DNA of 64,000 nucleotides from Eledone cirrhosa (lineage: Eukaryota): positions 13,020,001 to 13,084,000 of the forward strand of contig OZ024760.1 of assembly GCA_964016885.1 (NCBI GenBank). Direction: 5' to 3'. Below, piece after piece: positions 15,388 through 28,195 of the stretch. The notes below the pieces were generated by a model, which saw only the letters and a list, made by a program, of their open reading frames with translations, ran no database searches and was not told the DNA's origin. Positions within the stretch are counted from its first letter, which is position 1. Each line of letters begins with the position of its first letter. Made by a program: the position numbers and the translations under genes.

Positions 15388-15800
15388 TCTTCTTCTTCTT
15401 CTTCGCCCTCTTATTCCTGAGAGGGTTGTGAGGAAGATCCTCAAAAACACTCCTTCCAGCAGTTCCTGTCAGAATCAACCCTTTTCCAACTGATCCGGCT
15501 GGATCCCCAAGTGAGATCAGCCAAGCTCATGGATGTTATCCAGCCATCTTGCTCGGGGTCTCCTGCTGGTTAGTTTTGCCCGTAAAATCTGTCCAGTGAT
15601 TCTTTCCTCAGACATTCTAAACACATACCCATAGTATCGGAACTGTGATGTCTCAATCGGAGAAGTAGCAGCTCTATCTGGAGTAACTCCAGTGATTCTT
15701 TCCTGAGACATTCTAACCAAATGTCCATAGTATCGGAGCTGTGCTATCTAAATTCGGAGAAGTAGCGGCTCTACCTGGAGTGATTCTCTGGTCTCCGAGT
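15388..15800 (-). mobile_element. RTE LINE 3' fragment with internal duplication and (GAA)n tail
   Basis: IETSQFRYYGYVFRMSEERITGQILRAKLTSRRPRARWLDNI. Confidence 0.8.
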
Positions 15801-16583
15801 TACGCACTCTATCGAATAAGGTTACTCCAAAGACCCTTCGAAGAAATCTCATTTCAGCCGTTTGTATTCGCGATCGTATTATTTCAGTCATTACCCAGGA
15901 TTGTTGGTACGAAAACCAAATTGAAGTTAGCGAGTTTAGACTATTTCCAAAAAAATTATTTTAAACTTCCTCGTTTGAAATAAAATTTCCATTTTTTATC
16001 TTTTTGTATTTTCTTCCATTCCAGTAAGATTTCTGTTTGTTCTTCAAGTCTTTATAGCCAGACATTGCTCCTTCCTTCTTCTGTTCCCTCACTTCTTTCA
16101 ATGTTTTAGAGAACATTATTTTTTCATCCCCTTGTTAATTGAAAAGAGGGACGAACTATTATTTGTGTTTACATATATATATATATACACTTATATATAT
16201 ATATATATACAGACACACACACACATTATATATATATACAGACATACACACATTATATATATATATATATATATAGACATACACAGATTATATATATATA
16301 TATATATAGACATACACACATTATATATATATATATAGACATACACACATTATATATATATATATAGACATACACACATTATATATATATATATAGACAT
16401 ACACACATTATATATATATATATATATATAGACATACACACATTATATATATATATATATATACATACATACACACATTATATATATATATATAGACATA
16501 CACACATTATATATATATATATATATATAAATATATAAATATATATATATATAAATATATATATATATAAATATATATATATA

Positions 16584-16615
<32 letters not shown>

Positions 16616-17614
16616 AGACTCGTCCCACCCTTGCAAGCAGGGAAAAGCGGACGTAAAATAATGATGATGATGATGATGATGATATAAATATATATATATA
16701 TCCAACCAGTGTTCACCAGAATTGACCTAAAGGCGTTTCAGATGTGAGACAAATGTGTATAACACAAACTAAAATAAAGAAAAAAACATGACCAAAACCA
16801 TAACAAAAAAAAAAAACATAACAAAAACAAAACAAAAACTTAAAAACTTAAGTCTAGAGAAAAATTTAACAAAATAAACTGAACTGATAACTCAGGAAAT
16901 TATAAAAGAAAGTTTAAGAAGAAGTTGAAAATATAAAATTATTTATAAATCGAGTTAAAATACGTTTCCAGACGTTTACAAGAAAGAAAAAAGAAGAGAA
17001 AAAACTCCCAAAGGTCCCAGATTTTCAATTAAAATGACGATACAAATAGCTTATTTTATTGCTAAATGTGGGGGCAAGACGACAGAGAGACAGAGACAGA
17101 CAGATAGACAGATAGACAGATAGATAGAGAGACAGATAGATAGAGAGACAGGCAGAGAGAGGCAGAGACAGACAGAGACTGAGAGACAGATAGAGAGAGA
17201 TAGAGACAGATAGACAAGCAGAAAGACAGATAGGCAGAGAGATAGAGACAGATATATAGAGAGATAGACAGAGAGACAGATAGACAGATGCAGTGAGATA
17301 GACAGAGAGACAGACAGAGAAACAGAGACAGAGAGATAGACAGACAGACATACAGACAGACAGATAGACAGACACATAAAACCTCACCACGGTGGCAATA
17401 CGAATAGCTAACGTCACTTCTTAATACCAACCACATGACCATCGCGAAGAGGAGGGGAGAAATAGCACACTTCCTGTTACCTATATCTAGTAGCTGTCAG
17501 TACATAAATATTTGTCTCTACATTTGGTATATTTGGCACAAGGCCAGCAATTTGAAAGGATGGGAGAAATTCGACTAAATCGACCTCAATGTATTACTGA
17601 CCATATGCCTTTTC

Positions 17615-18812
17615 AAGCATGTGGTCAGTATGTCTCAGGAAAAAATCACTGGAGTCACTCCAGGTAGAGCTGCTACTTCTCTGAATTGAGAGATCACAGC
17701 TCTGATACTATAAACTTGTGGTTAGAATGTCTCAGGAAAGAACCACTGGACAGATCTGTAGCTCGGAGATGAGAGAGTCACTCCAGGTAGAGCTGCTACT
17801 TCTCCGAATTGAGAGATCACAGCTCTGATACTATAGACTTGTGGTTAGAATGTCTCAGGAAAGAACAACTGGACAGATCTGTAGCTCGGAGATGAGAGAG
17901 TCACTCCAGGTAGAGCTGCTACTTCTCTGAATTGAGAGATCACAGCTCTGATACTATAGACTTGTGGTTAGAATGTCTCAGGAAAGAACAACTGGACAGA
18001 TCTGTAGCTCGGAGATGAGAGAGTCACTCCAGGTAGAGCTGCTACTTCTCCGAATTGAGAGATCACAGCTCTGATACTATAGACTTGTGGTTAGAATGTC
18101 TCAGGAAAGAACAACTGGACAGATCTGTAGCTCGGAGATGAGAGAGTCACTCCAGGTAGAGCTGCTACTTCTCTGAATTGAGAGATCACAGCTCTGATAC
18201 TATAGACTTGTGGTTAGAATGTCTCAGGAAAGAACAACTGGACAGATCTGTAGCTCGGAGATGAGAGAGTCACTCCAGGTAGAGCTGCTACTTCTCTGAA
18301 TTGAGAGATCACAGCTCTGATACTATAGACTTGTGGTTAGAATGTCTCAGGAAAGAACAACTGGACAGATCTGTAGCTCGGAGATGAGAGAGTCACTCCA
18401 TGTAGAGCTGCTACTTCTCTGAATTGAGAGATCACAGCTCTGATACTATAGACTTGTGGTTAGAATGTCTCAGGAAAGAACCACTGGACAGATCTGTAGC
18501 TCGGAGATCAAAGAGTCACTCCAGGTAGAGCTGCTACTTCTCCGAATTGAGAGATCACAGCTCTGATACTATAGACTTGTGGTTAGAATGTCTCAGGAAA
18601 GAACCACTGGACAGATCTGTGGCTCGGAGATCAGAGTCACTCCAGGTAGAGCTGCTACTTCTCCGAATTGAGAGATCACAGCTCTGATACTATAGACTTG
18701 TGGTTAGAATGTCTCAGGAGAGAATCACTGTACAGATTTTACAGGCAAAACCAACCGGCAGTAGGAAACCCAGGAGTAAACTCCGAGCAAGATGGTTGGA
18801 TAACATCCACGT
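17615..18812 (+). repeat. 123-bp tandem array (~9 units) derived from RTE RT C-terminal coding sequence
   Basis: Units start at 17654, 17777, 17900 and so on; each encodes LQVELLLL(R/*)IERSQL*YYRLVVRMSQERTTGQICSSEMRES. Confidence 0.9.
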
Positions 18813-19149
18813 TAAAACCTGTTGAGAAAGTGGCTTCCTTGTTCAATCATCTTACCAGAAGCCTGACATTATTTATGTAAGCGGGCGGTACTTGATTTAG
18901 GAGTTGTAGAAACCCAAATACTGGATTTTACCAACATTCCAGGGGTCAGGGTAAATTTTCAATACCCGAAATACTTGATCGTTTTTTTGGCCATGCGAAA
19001 TATTGTTTAACCATCGTCTCAGTGTGTTTGGCCTTTAACGTTTGTTATAGCTCTGGTTCATCTGAATCATTGAGCACTTGCCTCACATCTCAGAGGTTGT
19101 TTTTCGTTATTTCGTGGGCCGAAATGCGAATCTCGATAATTTATGTTTG

Positions 19150-20015
<866 letters not shown>

Positions 20016-20456
20016 CCATGTTTACACCAACGGGTTGCGGTATGTATAAAAAAAACTATAGGTCGTTTGTTTTGGAGTTTTGAGCTAGGGTGGTGGTGGT
20101 GGGTTTGGTGGTGGTGGGGGCGTTTGGTGGTGGTGGGGGTTTGGTGGCAGTATAATTGTCTTGAATTTTTGGTATTTTATATTTGTATCAGTTGTTGTTT
20201 TTGTTGTTGTTCTCAACGCAAAATGTCAATGTATCTAATTATATACGTATTTAGAGGAATATTTGTGAGAGTAGTAGTAGCAGGAAGAGGAGAGATAGAT
20301 AGAGAGATAAAGAGAGAGTGAGAGGGTGGGGGGGAGATAGATAGAGAGGTGTGAGAGAGAGAAAGAAAGAGATGGAGGGAAAAATGTGAACAGAAATTTC
20401 TTGTGTTGTCATTGTAACACACAATAAATTGAGTTCAAATGCATCACTGATTTTTC

Positions 20457-20492
<36 letters not shown>

Positions 20493-20624
20493 GTGTGTGT
20501 GTTTGTAAACATGCTCATTTGGCGTGGCGAAATAGTCAAGCGATCATGAAGTTCTGGGTTCGATACTACAATATGTCGTATCTTCTGCTACAGTGTGGGA
20601 TCTACTGAAGACTTAACCTATTAG

Positions 20625-20975
20625 CATTTACATTACTCTATATAAACTATTGTATTTTCACAGTAAAGACTTTACCTCACATAATATCTCACATAACATT
20701 TACATTACTCTATATTTACTATTGTATTTTCACAGTAAAGGCTTTACCACACATAATATCTCAGATAGCATTTACATTACTCTATATATACTATTGTATT
20801 TTCACAGTAAAGACTTTACCTCACATAATATCTCACATAACATTTACATTACTCTATATTTACTATTGTATTTTCCCAGTAAAGGCTTTTCCTCACATAA
20901 TATCTCACATAACATTTACATTACTCTATATTTACTATTGTATTTTTGTGGTAAAGGCTTTATCTCAAATAATAT
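20625..20975. repeat. 72-bp minisatellite, ~5 units
   Basis: catttacattactct at 20625, 20697, 20769, 20841, 20913. Confidence 0.9.
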
Positions 20976-21189
20976 CGAAGCTATGAGATTTTGATGTTAT
21001 TTATTTTGAGAACAATACCTTAACATCAGTATGAGTGGCTGATTATGGCTGGTTTGAGCAGAAAGAGGTGAGAGAATTCTGGCCAGATCTGGCCGGTTTA
21101 AATGCTAAAGGGTATCAACTGCATGAAAGACTAAAACTTCCCAAACCATATAAACCGAGGTAGATAATCAACATATTATTTACATGTCG

Positions 21190-21995
21190 CCAAGGTGGTG
21201 AATTGGCAGTATCGGTGAATTGGCAGTCGGACACCATGCTTTCCAGCATAGTTACGTCCCTTTATGATCTGAGTTCAAATCCCGCCGAGGTTGACTTTGC
21301 CTTTCATCCTTACGGGGTCGATAAAATAAAGTACCAGTAATGCACTGGGTAATTGCTGGCCTTGTGTCTAAAGTAGAAACAATTATTTACATGTCGTCTA
21401 TAAACCATATCACTTATCTAATTATCTTTGTGTTAATTGACTTTGGAAACGTTAATAAGCTCCATAAATATTTATCTTTGAGTTATTCCATTGTTCTATC
21501 TGCATTTAGCTTCAATATCGTGTAGAAATATATCTTCTCATACACAACAACGGTGAGAAGAGCATATTATGTTTATCTAACATAACATTTACATTACTCT
21601 ATATAGGGCGGTGGATTGGCAGTATCGGTAGAGGGTCGGACGCCATGCTTTCCAGCATAGTTACGTCCCTTTACGATCTGAGTTCAAATCCCGCCGAGGT
21701 TGACTTTGCCTTTCATCCTTACGGGGTCTATAAAATAAAGTACCAGTAATGCACTGGGTAATTGCTGGCCTTGTGCCTAAAGTAGAAACAATTATGTTTA
21801 TCTAACAGTGGTGGATTGGCAGTATCGGTAGAGGGTCTGACGCCATGCTTTGCAGCAAAGAGTTACGGCCCTTTATGGTCTGAGTTCAAATCCCGCCGAG
21901 GTTAACTTTGCCTTTCATCCTTACGGGGTCGATAAAATAAAGTACCAGTAATGTACTAGGTAATTGATAGCCTTGTGCCAAAAGTAGAAACAGTT
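21190..21995 (+). mobile_element. Three tRNA-derived SINE copies (21190-21385, 21606-21790, 21808-21993)
   Basis: A/B-box head (tggcagtatcggt, gagttcaaatcc), central gcctttcatccttacggggtcgataaaataaagtaccag (Meta/MESC-like domain); TSDs attatttacatgtcg and ttatgtttatcta. Confidence 0.85.
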
Positions 21996-22044
21996 ATGTT
22001 TATCTATTTTAGAGACAATGATAAAATATATTATATTTCTTATA

Positions 22045-22235
22045 TAGGCACAAGGCCAGCAATTTTGGGGGAGGGGGAAATCGATCAAATCGACCCCAGT
22101 GCATGACTAGTACTTTATTTTATCGACCCTTTAAGGATGAAAGGCTAAGCTGGCCTCGGCAGATCGTAAAGGGCCGTAATTCTATGCCGCAAAACGTTGT
22201 CCGACGCTCTACCGATTACAGCCAATCCTCCACCC
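22045..22235 (-). mobile_element. SINE copy, longer subfamily (similar copy at 28935-29135, -)
   Basis: Reverse complement of the consensus with an extra gggggaggggg insert. Confidence 0.7.
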
Positions 22236-22319
22236 TTCTCTAGTTTATAAGAATCACACACACACACACACACAAGAGATGTCAACATGAATGGACCTGT
22301 TATTTTTATCTAAAGACAT

Positions 22320-22492
22320 GTTTTCCAATTAAAACCCACCCGTCCCCTCAATCTGTCTTATTTCTCATTCTTTCTTCTGATGAAGGACTAGCGTCCGAAA
22401 CATTACCATCCTCTTTCTGCTATTTCAAGCGTTAACCTAATATATCCCTTCCATATACTGTACCGATTGTGTTGTTATTTCTGTTTACCTTT
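22320..22492 (+). mobile_element. PLE-like 3' fragment, family A, HHR at 22373-22405
   Basis: CTGATGA-aGGAC tagc GTCC-GAAACatt; very similar to 1360-1540; ends in (TA)n. Confidence 0.7.
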
Positions 22493-22895
22493 ATATATAT
22501 ATACATATATATATAAATTTCTCCAATTTACATCGTCAAATGGAGATTTGATCAATATAACATTTGTTGTTTTGTAAACTAACTTTCGGTGAATACTATG
22601 TTGGTTTGTATATATATATTTTTTTTTTTTCTTCGACCTCACGTCGGTGTGTGTGAGTGTGTGTGTACTCACTCACACTAACTGTGACCGACTGTAATTC
22701 TAAAGATTTGATGTTGAGATTAGACCCGTCCAGCGTCTTTTACAGCTATTGAGAGATAGAGACTTGATAGTTTTATGACCCTAACGGAGGACGATAGCAG
22801 CCGGCGTGTTTTGGCTGCTTAATCTTCATATGGGGGACAAAACTCTAGTGAGTGAACATCGTTAAATTTTCTCCCTCATATCAAGGATTTGAAGA

Positions 22896-22991
22896 CAATT
22901 CATTTTCACCTGACGAGATCAGTGATAATCGATCATGGCCGCACGAGCGATCTATCTCTGATTGAAACATGTGTCGTGATTAAAATGATTG
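22896..22991 (+). ncRNA. Type I hammerhead ribozyme, intact core
   Basis: caattcattttcac-CTGACGA-GATCAG...CTGATT-GAAACATGTGTC-gtgattaaaatgattg; extended stem I, GUC site at 22973-22975. Confidence 0.8.
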
Positions 22992-23176
22992 GAAATTTAT
23001 ACCATGCATTCGGATCTTTATTTTGATACAAATACTCCGTTTTACATCATCTAGCTGTTCCCATAAATGGAATTGGAGATATACAGAAGTGTGGAGAACT
23101 TAATATTGCTAACAAAAGTTTATTGGACCGTATGACACAACCAATAATACACCTTACTATATATATATATATATAT

Positions 23177-23526
23177 TAGAAAGTGAGTTTTGTTTTACAA
23201 ATTGAAAAATAACCGAGGTGTCCTACACGAGTGAAAGTATAAAGAAAAAGAGATGAAATCGAAAATGTAACTGGAGTCTTATTTTTTTTTTAAATATATA
23301 TATTTATTTGGTTCCTTTACCGGTTTCGCAGTTCTTCTGCTTTTCAAAAGGTGAGTTGAGATGGAGGGTCTGTGGTTTTTCTAAAAGCCACAGACCCTCC
23401 ATCTCAACTCACCTTTTGAAAAGCAGAAGAACTGCGAAACCGGTAAAGGAACCAAATAAATATATATATTTTTTTAAAAAATAAGACTCCAGTTGCATTT
23501 TCGATTTCATCTCTTTTTCTTTATAT
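23177..23526 (-). mobile_element. Fold-back insert with ~143-bp arms and an HHR-like motif in each arm
   Basis: Arms ~23238-23380 / 23384-23526; cctt-TTGAAAA-GCAG aagaa CTGC-GAAACCGGTA-aagg at 23412-23449; (TA)n on both sides. Confidence 0.7.
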
Positions 23527-23669
23527 ATATATATATATATATAAAGGCATAGCTGACCTCGGCAAGACTTGAACTCAGATCACAAAGGGCCGTAACTCTA
23601 TGTCGCAAAGCATGTTGTCCGACCCTCTACCGATACTGCCAGCCCACCTCCCTTAATGATAAAATAATA

Positions 23670-23980
23670 ATAAGGTGGATGAATGAGGCAAGAATGGCTC
23701 GTGTGAGTCGGCCTACTCTATAGGCTGGCTAATTTGAGGAGGAGAGGGATGCCCTCTCCGAGTGCCCTAGAAGCGTCGGGTGGTTCAGGATTGGTGGGGG
23801 TACCTGAGCCCCCCCCCCCATTGGGGAATTTATTTTGTTATTTTATATTTTCATTGTTGAATTAGTCTTGCCATTGTCCACTTTTACCCGACCTTATTGT
23901 AAACCCCCACTCTCCGTGTCTTTGTATTGTCCCCTACATGTCAGCCCCTGTGGTCAATAAATGAAATCACTATTATTATA
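23670..23980 (+). mobile_element. LINE 3' end; related 3' tips at 10350-10412(-) and 46461-46545(-)
   Basis: tgtaaac...tttgtat(t)tgtcccc...gcccctgtgg..aataaa followed by a simple-repeat tail at all three loci. Confidence 0.55.
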
Positions 23981-24059
23981 GAGGTGATGTAACATCATGA
24001 TAAATGCAGACCTCTCCCCTCTCTCTCTCTCTCTCTCCTTATATATATATATATATATA

Positions 24060-24180
24060 TAGAAAGGCTTTTACAGGACTAGTCCTGTAGAAGCCTTTCT
24101 ATATTAAATATGTATACTCTGCTTTGTATTGAGTACCTTACTTAATGTGGTTACCCCCGATTGAACCCGGGATAAACTTA
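24060..24180 (+). mobile_element. Short fold-back insert between (TA)n tracts
   Basis: tagaaaggcttttacaggactagtcctgtagaagcctttcta palindrome plus tail ...gtattgagtac, shared with 94-193 and ~960-1020(-). Confidence 0.5.
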
Positions 24181-24574
24181 TATATATATATATATATATA
24201 GGAGGGTGAGCTAACTTAAAGCGGAGGATCTTGTTAATGGTAGCCACAATGCCAAGTAGTAGTTTTAAAACCTAGCAAGGGATTCTTTTCAATACAGTGT
24301 AGAACAGGGATACATAACCTTACATGGAAGGAGGTCCACAATATTCATGAAAAAACAAAACAACAAAAAAAAAGCAATTAGTGTTCCACGAACATGAGCC
24401 AGCGAAACCCACTGCATTGGTCATTCCATTATTTAATTATCCATTTAACACTAACATTTTGCATACATATATATATATATATATAGTGGTAATGAATTAC
24501 TGACCTTTCCTGTTTATAATTATATATAGTGTATAGTGTATATATATAAGTATAAATAATATTATTATTATATA

Positions 24575-24775
24575 TCATCATCATCAGGTCGAGCTTGCTC
24601 GGCTTTCTACGACACATTTCCTCCATCCATCTCTGTCTCTCATAGCGTTTGCCAGTTCTTCCGCAGTGCATCCAGTATCGTCCTCAAGTTGCTTGACGTA
24701 TGTCTTCTTGGGACGACCACCGTTTCTTGCTCCATGAGATGGACTCCATAACAACACATCACCTGCTATTTCTTC
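24575..24775 (-). mobile_element. RTE/RTE-X-like LINE 3' fragment with (GAT)n tail
   Basis: Minus strand translates EEIAGDVLLWSPSHGARNGGRPKKTYVKQLEDDTG...MRDRDGWRKCV. Confidence 0.75.
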
Positions 24776-24777
24776 CT

Positions 24778-24970
24778 ATAAATGTAAGCTATCGCCGTAT
24801 TTTGACTAAAGAAATTAAAGATGTCAATACTCATCTTTTTCCATTTCTCCGAGGGTTCTTAACCCCACTATTAGGCTAAATAATTTTCTTTAAATTCTTT
24901 AGTCAAAATACGGCGATAGCTTACATTTATAATTTCAAACTCACTCACTGTTTCGAAAATATTCTTACTT

Positions 24971-24974
<4 letters not shown>
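24778..24974 (+). mobile_element. Inverted-arm insert, family D
   Basis: Arms ~24778-24825 / 24886-24931; homologous to 47927-48241. Confidence 0.6.
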
Positions 24975-25032
<58 letters not shown>

Positions 25033-25043
25033 GATAAACACTA

Positions 25044-26568
25044 TTGGAATTTCAAAATGAATACTGGACCAGAAACACATATAGTAATCTTTTCGATATT
25101 ACTATGGGCTCAAGCGATTCTGCCCAAATTGCTGATCTTGTGGGCCTCTTTCTTCTTGTTAACATAAATGCTTCCTTTCCCCACCTTAAAGGTGGTTTAT
25201 ATCGTGACGACTGCCTTCTTCTTTCCAATAACCTTAGCCTTTCAGAGATAGAAAAAAATAAAAAGCTTATTAGAACTTTCCTCAAAGACTTTTATAGTCT
25301 AGATATTACATTTGAAAACACAAGTAAAGTAGTTAATTTCCTTGATATAACATTAGACTTATCTACGGGTATCTACCAACCTTACCATAAACCTAACCAA
25401 AATTTACATTACATACACTCACAATCTAATCACCCTAAATCTATCCTTAAAAACCTTGCATATAATATCTCACTTAGAATTTCTAACCTTTCGTCTAACC
25501 AGGATGTATTTGATAAAAATGCGACCTTTTATAACGAAGCTTTAGCTAGAAGTGGCCACAAAAATAAATTAGTATATATACCTTGTACCAATAACACTAC
25601 AAACATACAACCTAATACTACCAACAAACACCAAATGAAACATACACACCTAAATGCCACTCACACTATACCCCAAAATACCAACATAAAACCAAATTTC
25701 TCTAAGTCTTCTAATATAGTAACTCTCAAAAAACTACTCATCCTACTACTCTAATAAATGTTAATAATAAAACTCCTAATAAACAAGCTAAAACACCTAA
25801 ATCAATAAATCTAACTAAAAATGTGTGTGGTGAGGTCATTAACAATAATTCTCTTAATAAACATCAGGATACATCCTATAAAAACAATAAACAACATCAA
25901 AACCGTAATAGACGAGTTAATTGATATAATGCTCCATTTAATTTACAAATTGAGGATAATATACCTAAAGAATTTTTTAATATCCTAGAGAAGAACTTCC
26001 CGCCAAACCACAAATACCATCAAATTTTAAATAGATCAACGGTTAAATTCTCCTACTCAACAACCAAATACATAAAACAAAATATAAGTGCCTACAATGC
26101 ATATAAATGTAAAAAAAAACCATGAGTATACCACCAGTACATCAAACTAACCATAATATCTCCTCTGATACAGGATTCACGAAAAGGTGTAACTGTAGAA
26201 ACAAAGCAAACTGCCCATTAAAAGGAAATTGCCTTGTTAATAACATAGTATATAAATGTAAAGTTAACACTAAAGACTCAATTTATTCATATATAGGAGC
26301 TACCTCTAACCAATTTAAGGTAAGATTTAATACCCACAAACATAGTTTTTAAAATGCCGCATTAGCTAATACAACATCTCTAGCTGAAATAATTAATAAT
26401 TATAGAAAGAGGAATATAGATTATGACCTGACCTGGAGTGTACTCAAAAGGGCCACCCCTTATCAAAATAATAGATATGAATGTAGATTATGTTCCCAAG
26501 AACTTTTTGAAATAATGAAATCTAAGGATATCCTATTAAATAAACGACAGAAATTAATAATATCATAA
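25044..26568 (+). pseudogene. Disrupted PLE RT + GIY-YIG endonuclease ORF
   Basis: Three reading-frame segments (shifts near 25750 and at the A-run near 26115), in-frame TGA at 25922 and TAA at 26350. Confidence 0.85.
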
Positions 26569-26842
26569 ACTGAGAAAAACCTTTAAATATTATAAACCTA
26601 ATTAATATACATTTTAGAAATTAATATAAAAACTATCTTTAATTTAGTTAACCTATAATTAATATTCTACTACTGATAACTACATAATTTTGCTTTCCTT
26701 CTTACAACTATCTTTTCCTAAAATTGATACCATTAAGTAAACATATATAATGTTTTAATTTCAGGTTATGATTCTATGTTCCTTGAAATCTCTATATATT
26801 TATTATTTCTCACTAATAAATTTAACTCCCCCCCCCCCCCAA

Positions 26843-26901
<59 letters not shown>

Positions 26902-26910
26902 ATATGTATA

Positions 26911-26943
<33 letters not shown>

Positions 26944-27658
26944 TCTTTTTATACTTTTTTAATCTCCCCTCGTCTTTAACAGCACTCTTCAATTACATCT
27001 AACTCTTATTTATCATATCTATATGCATTAATATAATTTTATCAATATAAATATACCCATCAATTAAATTAATTTATATTCTTTTCATAGATGTAAATTC
27101 CATATATATTTTTTTCACTAACAATTTTATCGTAAAACTTTAGTCTCCTTAGATATTTACATTGGCATTATTCTTTTATAACAGCAACTTTTCGTGTTAC
27201 CTTTTACTGACCTCACCTATTTTCATCCCTAAAATAACCTTTTCAGTCTTCATACTCCTTCCATTCAAAACTGAAATCTGCCTTCTTCTACCCCTAAAAT
27301 AAACTTCAATTACTACTATTTTTCCATTTGGCCAATTATTACCTTTATATTGGTTAATTCAAAACCTGTTCCCAAACAGACCTACTATATTAAATCTTTG
27401 TTGGTTTTATTCAATGAACAAATATAATTATTTCTGAGGTCAGCATATAACCTATTTTCATCCCTAAAATAATCTTCTAATCATAATATTCTTTCCATCC
27501 AAAACTGAAATCTACCTTCCTCTACCCATAAATTAAGGTTCTTTTACTACTATATTACTATCTTGACCTTCACTATCTTTCTATTGGTCAATTCAAAACC
27601 TGTTCCCAAACAGACCTATTGTATTAAATCTTTGTTGGTTTTTTTCAATAAACAAATA

Positions 27659-27796
27659 TCATTATTTCTGAAGACAGCATATATATGTGTAGGTATGTAT
27701 ATTCCCTCTGATAGTTTGTAAAAAATTTACATAGATCTATAGGATATGCATACCAACACTAACATATATATCCTAGAAACGATCGTAAAATGATGA
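27659..27796 (+). ncRNA. Type I hammerhead ribozyme at the PLE 3' end, with ~100-nt stem II
   Basis: Stem I tcattattt/aaatgatga; CTGAAGA at 27668; long imperfect hairpin (atatatatgt/acatatatat, ggtatgtatattcc/ggatatgcatacc); GAA + palindromic ACGATCGT + A (GUA site at 27787). Confidence 0.75.
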
Positions 27797-27869
27797 ATTT
27801 TTTAATATAAGGAACTGTTTCTTTGTTTATTCATTATTTTATTAATTTATATATATATATATATATATA

Positions 27870-28195
27870 TAATTGTTTCTACTTTAGGCACAAGGCCAGC
27901 AATTATCCAGTGCATTACTGGCACTTTATTTTATCGACCCCGTAAGGATGAAAGGCAAAGTTAACCGCGGCGGGATTTGAACTCAGATCATACAGGGAGG
28001 TAACTCTATGCTTCAAAGCATATATATATATATATATAAATAATATATATATATATTATTTGTCGGGCGCCATGATCTGAGTTCAAATCCCGCCGAGGTT
28101 AACTTTGCCTTTCATCCTTACGGGGTCGATAAAATAAAGTACCAGTAATGCACTGGGTTATTGCTGGCCTTGTGCCAAAAAGAAGAAACAATTAT
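27870..28195. mobile_element. Head-to-head truncated SINE pair separated by (TA)n
   Basis: 27870-28020(-) and 28070-28195(+). Confidence 0.75.

Larger units (their letters stand above)
25030..27850 (+). mobile_element. Penelope-like retroelement, Naiad-type, 5'-truncated, flanked by (TA)n on both sides
   Basis: RT motifs LFDITMGSSDSAQIADLVGLFLL, GLYRDD, VNFLDITLDL, YIHSQSNHP; then YNAPFN...NFPPNHKYHQILNRSTVKFSYS; C-terminal CNCRNKANCPLKGNCL..IVYKC...YIGATSNQFKVRFNTHKHSF...W...CRLCSQE...LLNKR (GIY-YIG); long 3' region ending in an HHR. Confidence 0.88.

Noticed and set aside
17654-18760. CRISPR-like or repeat-protein interpretation of the 123-bp array
   Set aside because: No unique spacers; units are LINE-derived and carry in-frame TGA from CpG decay.
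21606-21695. tRNA genes
   Set aside because: A/B boxes belong to SINE heads; no complete cloverleaf.
25922-25924. In-frame TGA as possible selenocysteine (reported for some Naiad PLEs)
   Set aside because: It falls at a conserved Trp position (W-x-N-x-P-F) in a copy that also has frameshifts and a TAA, so a nonsense mutation is more likely.
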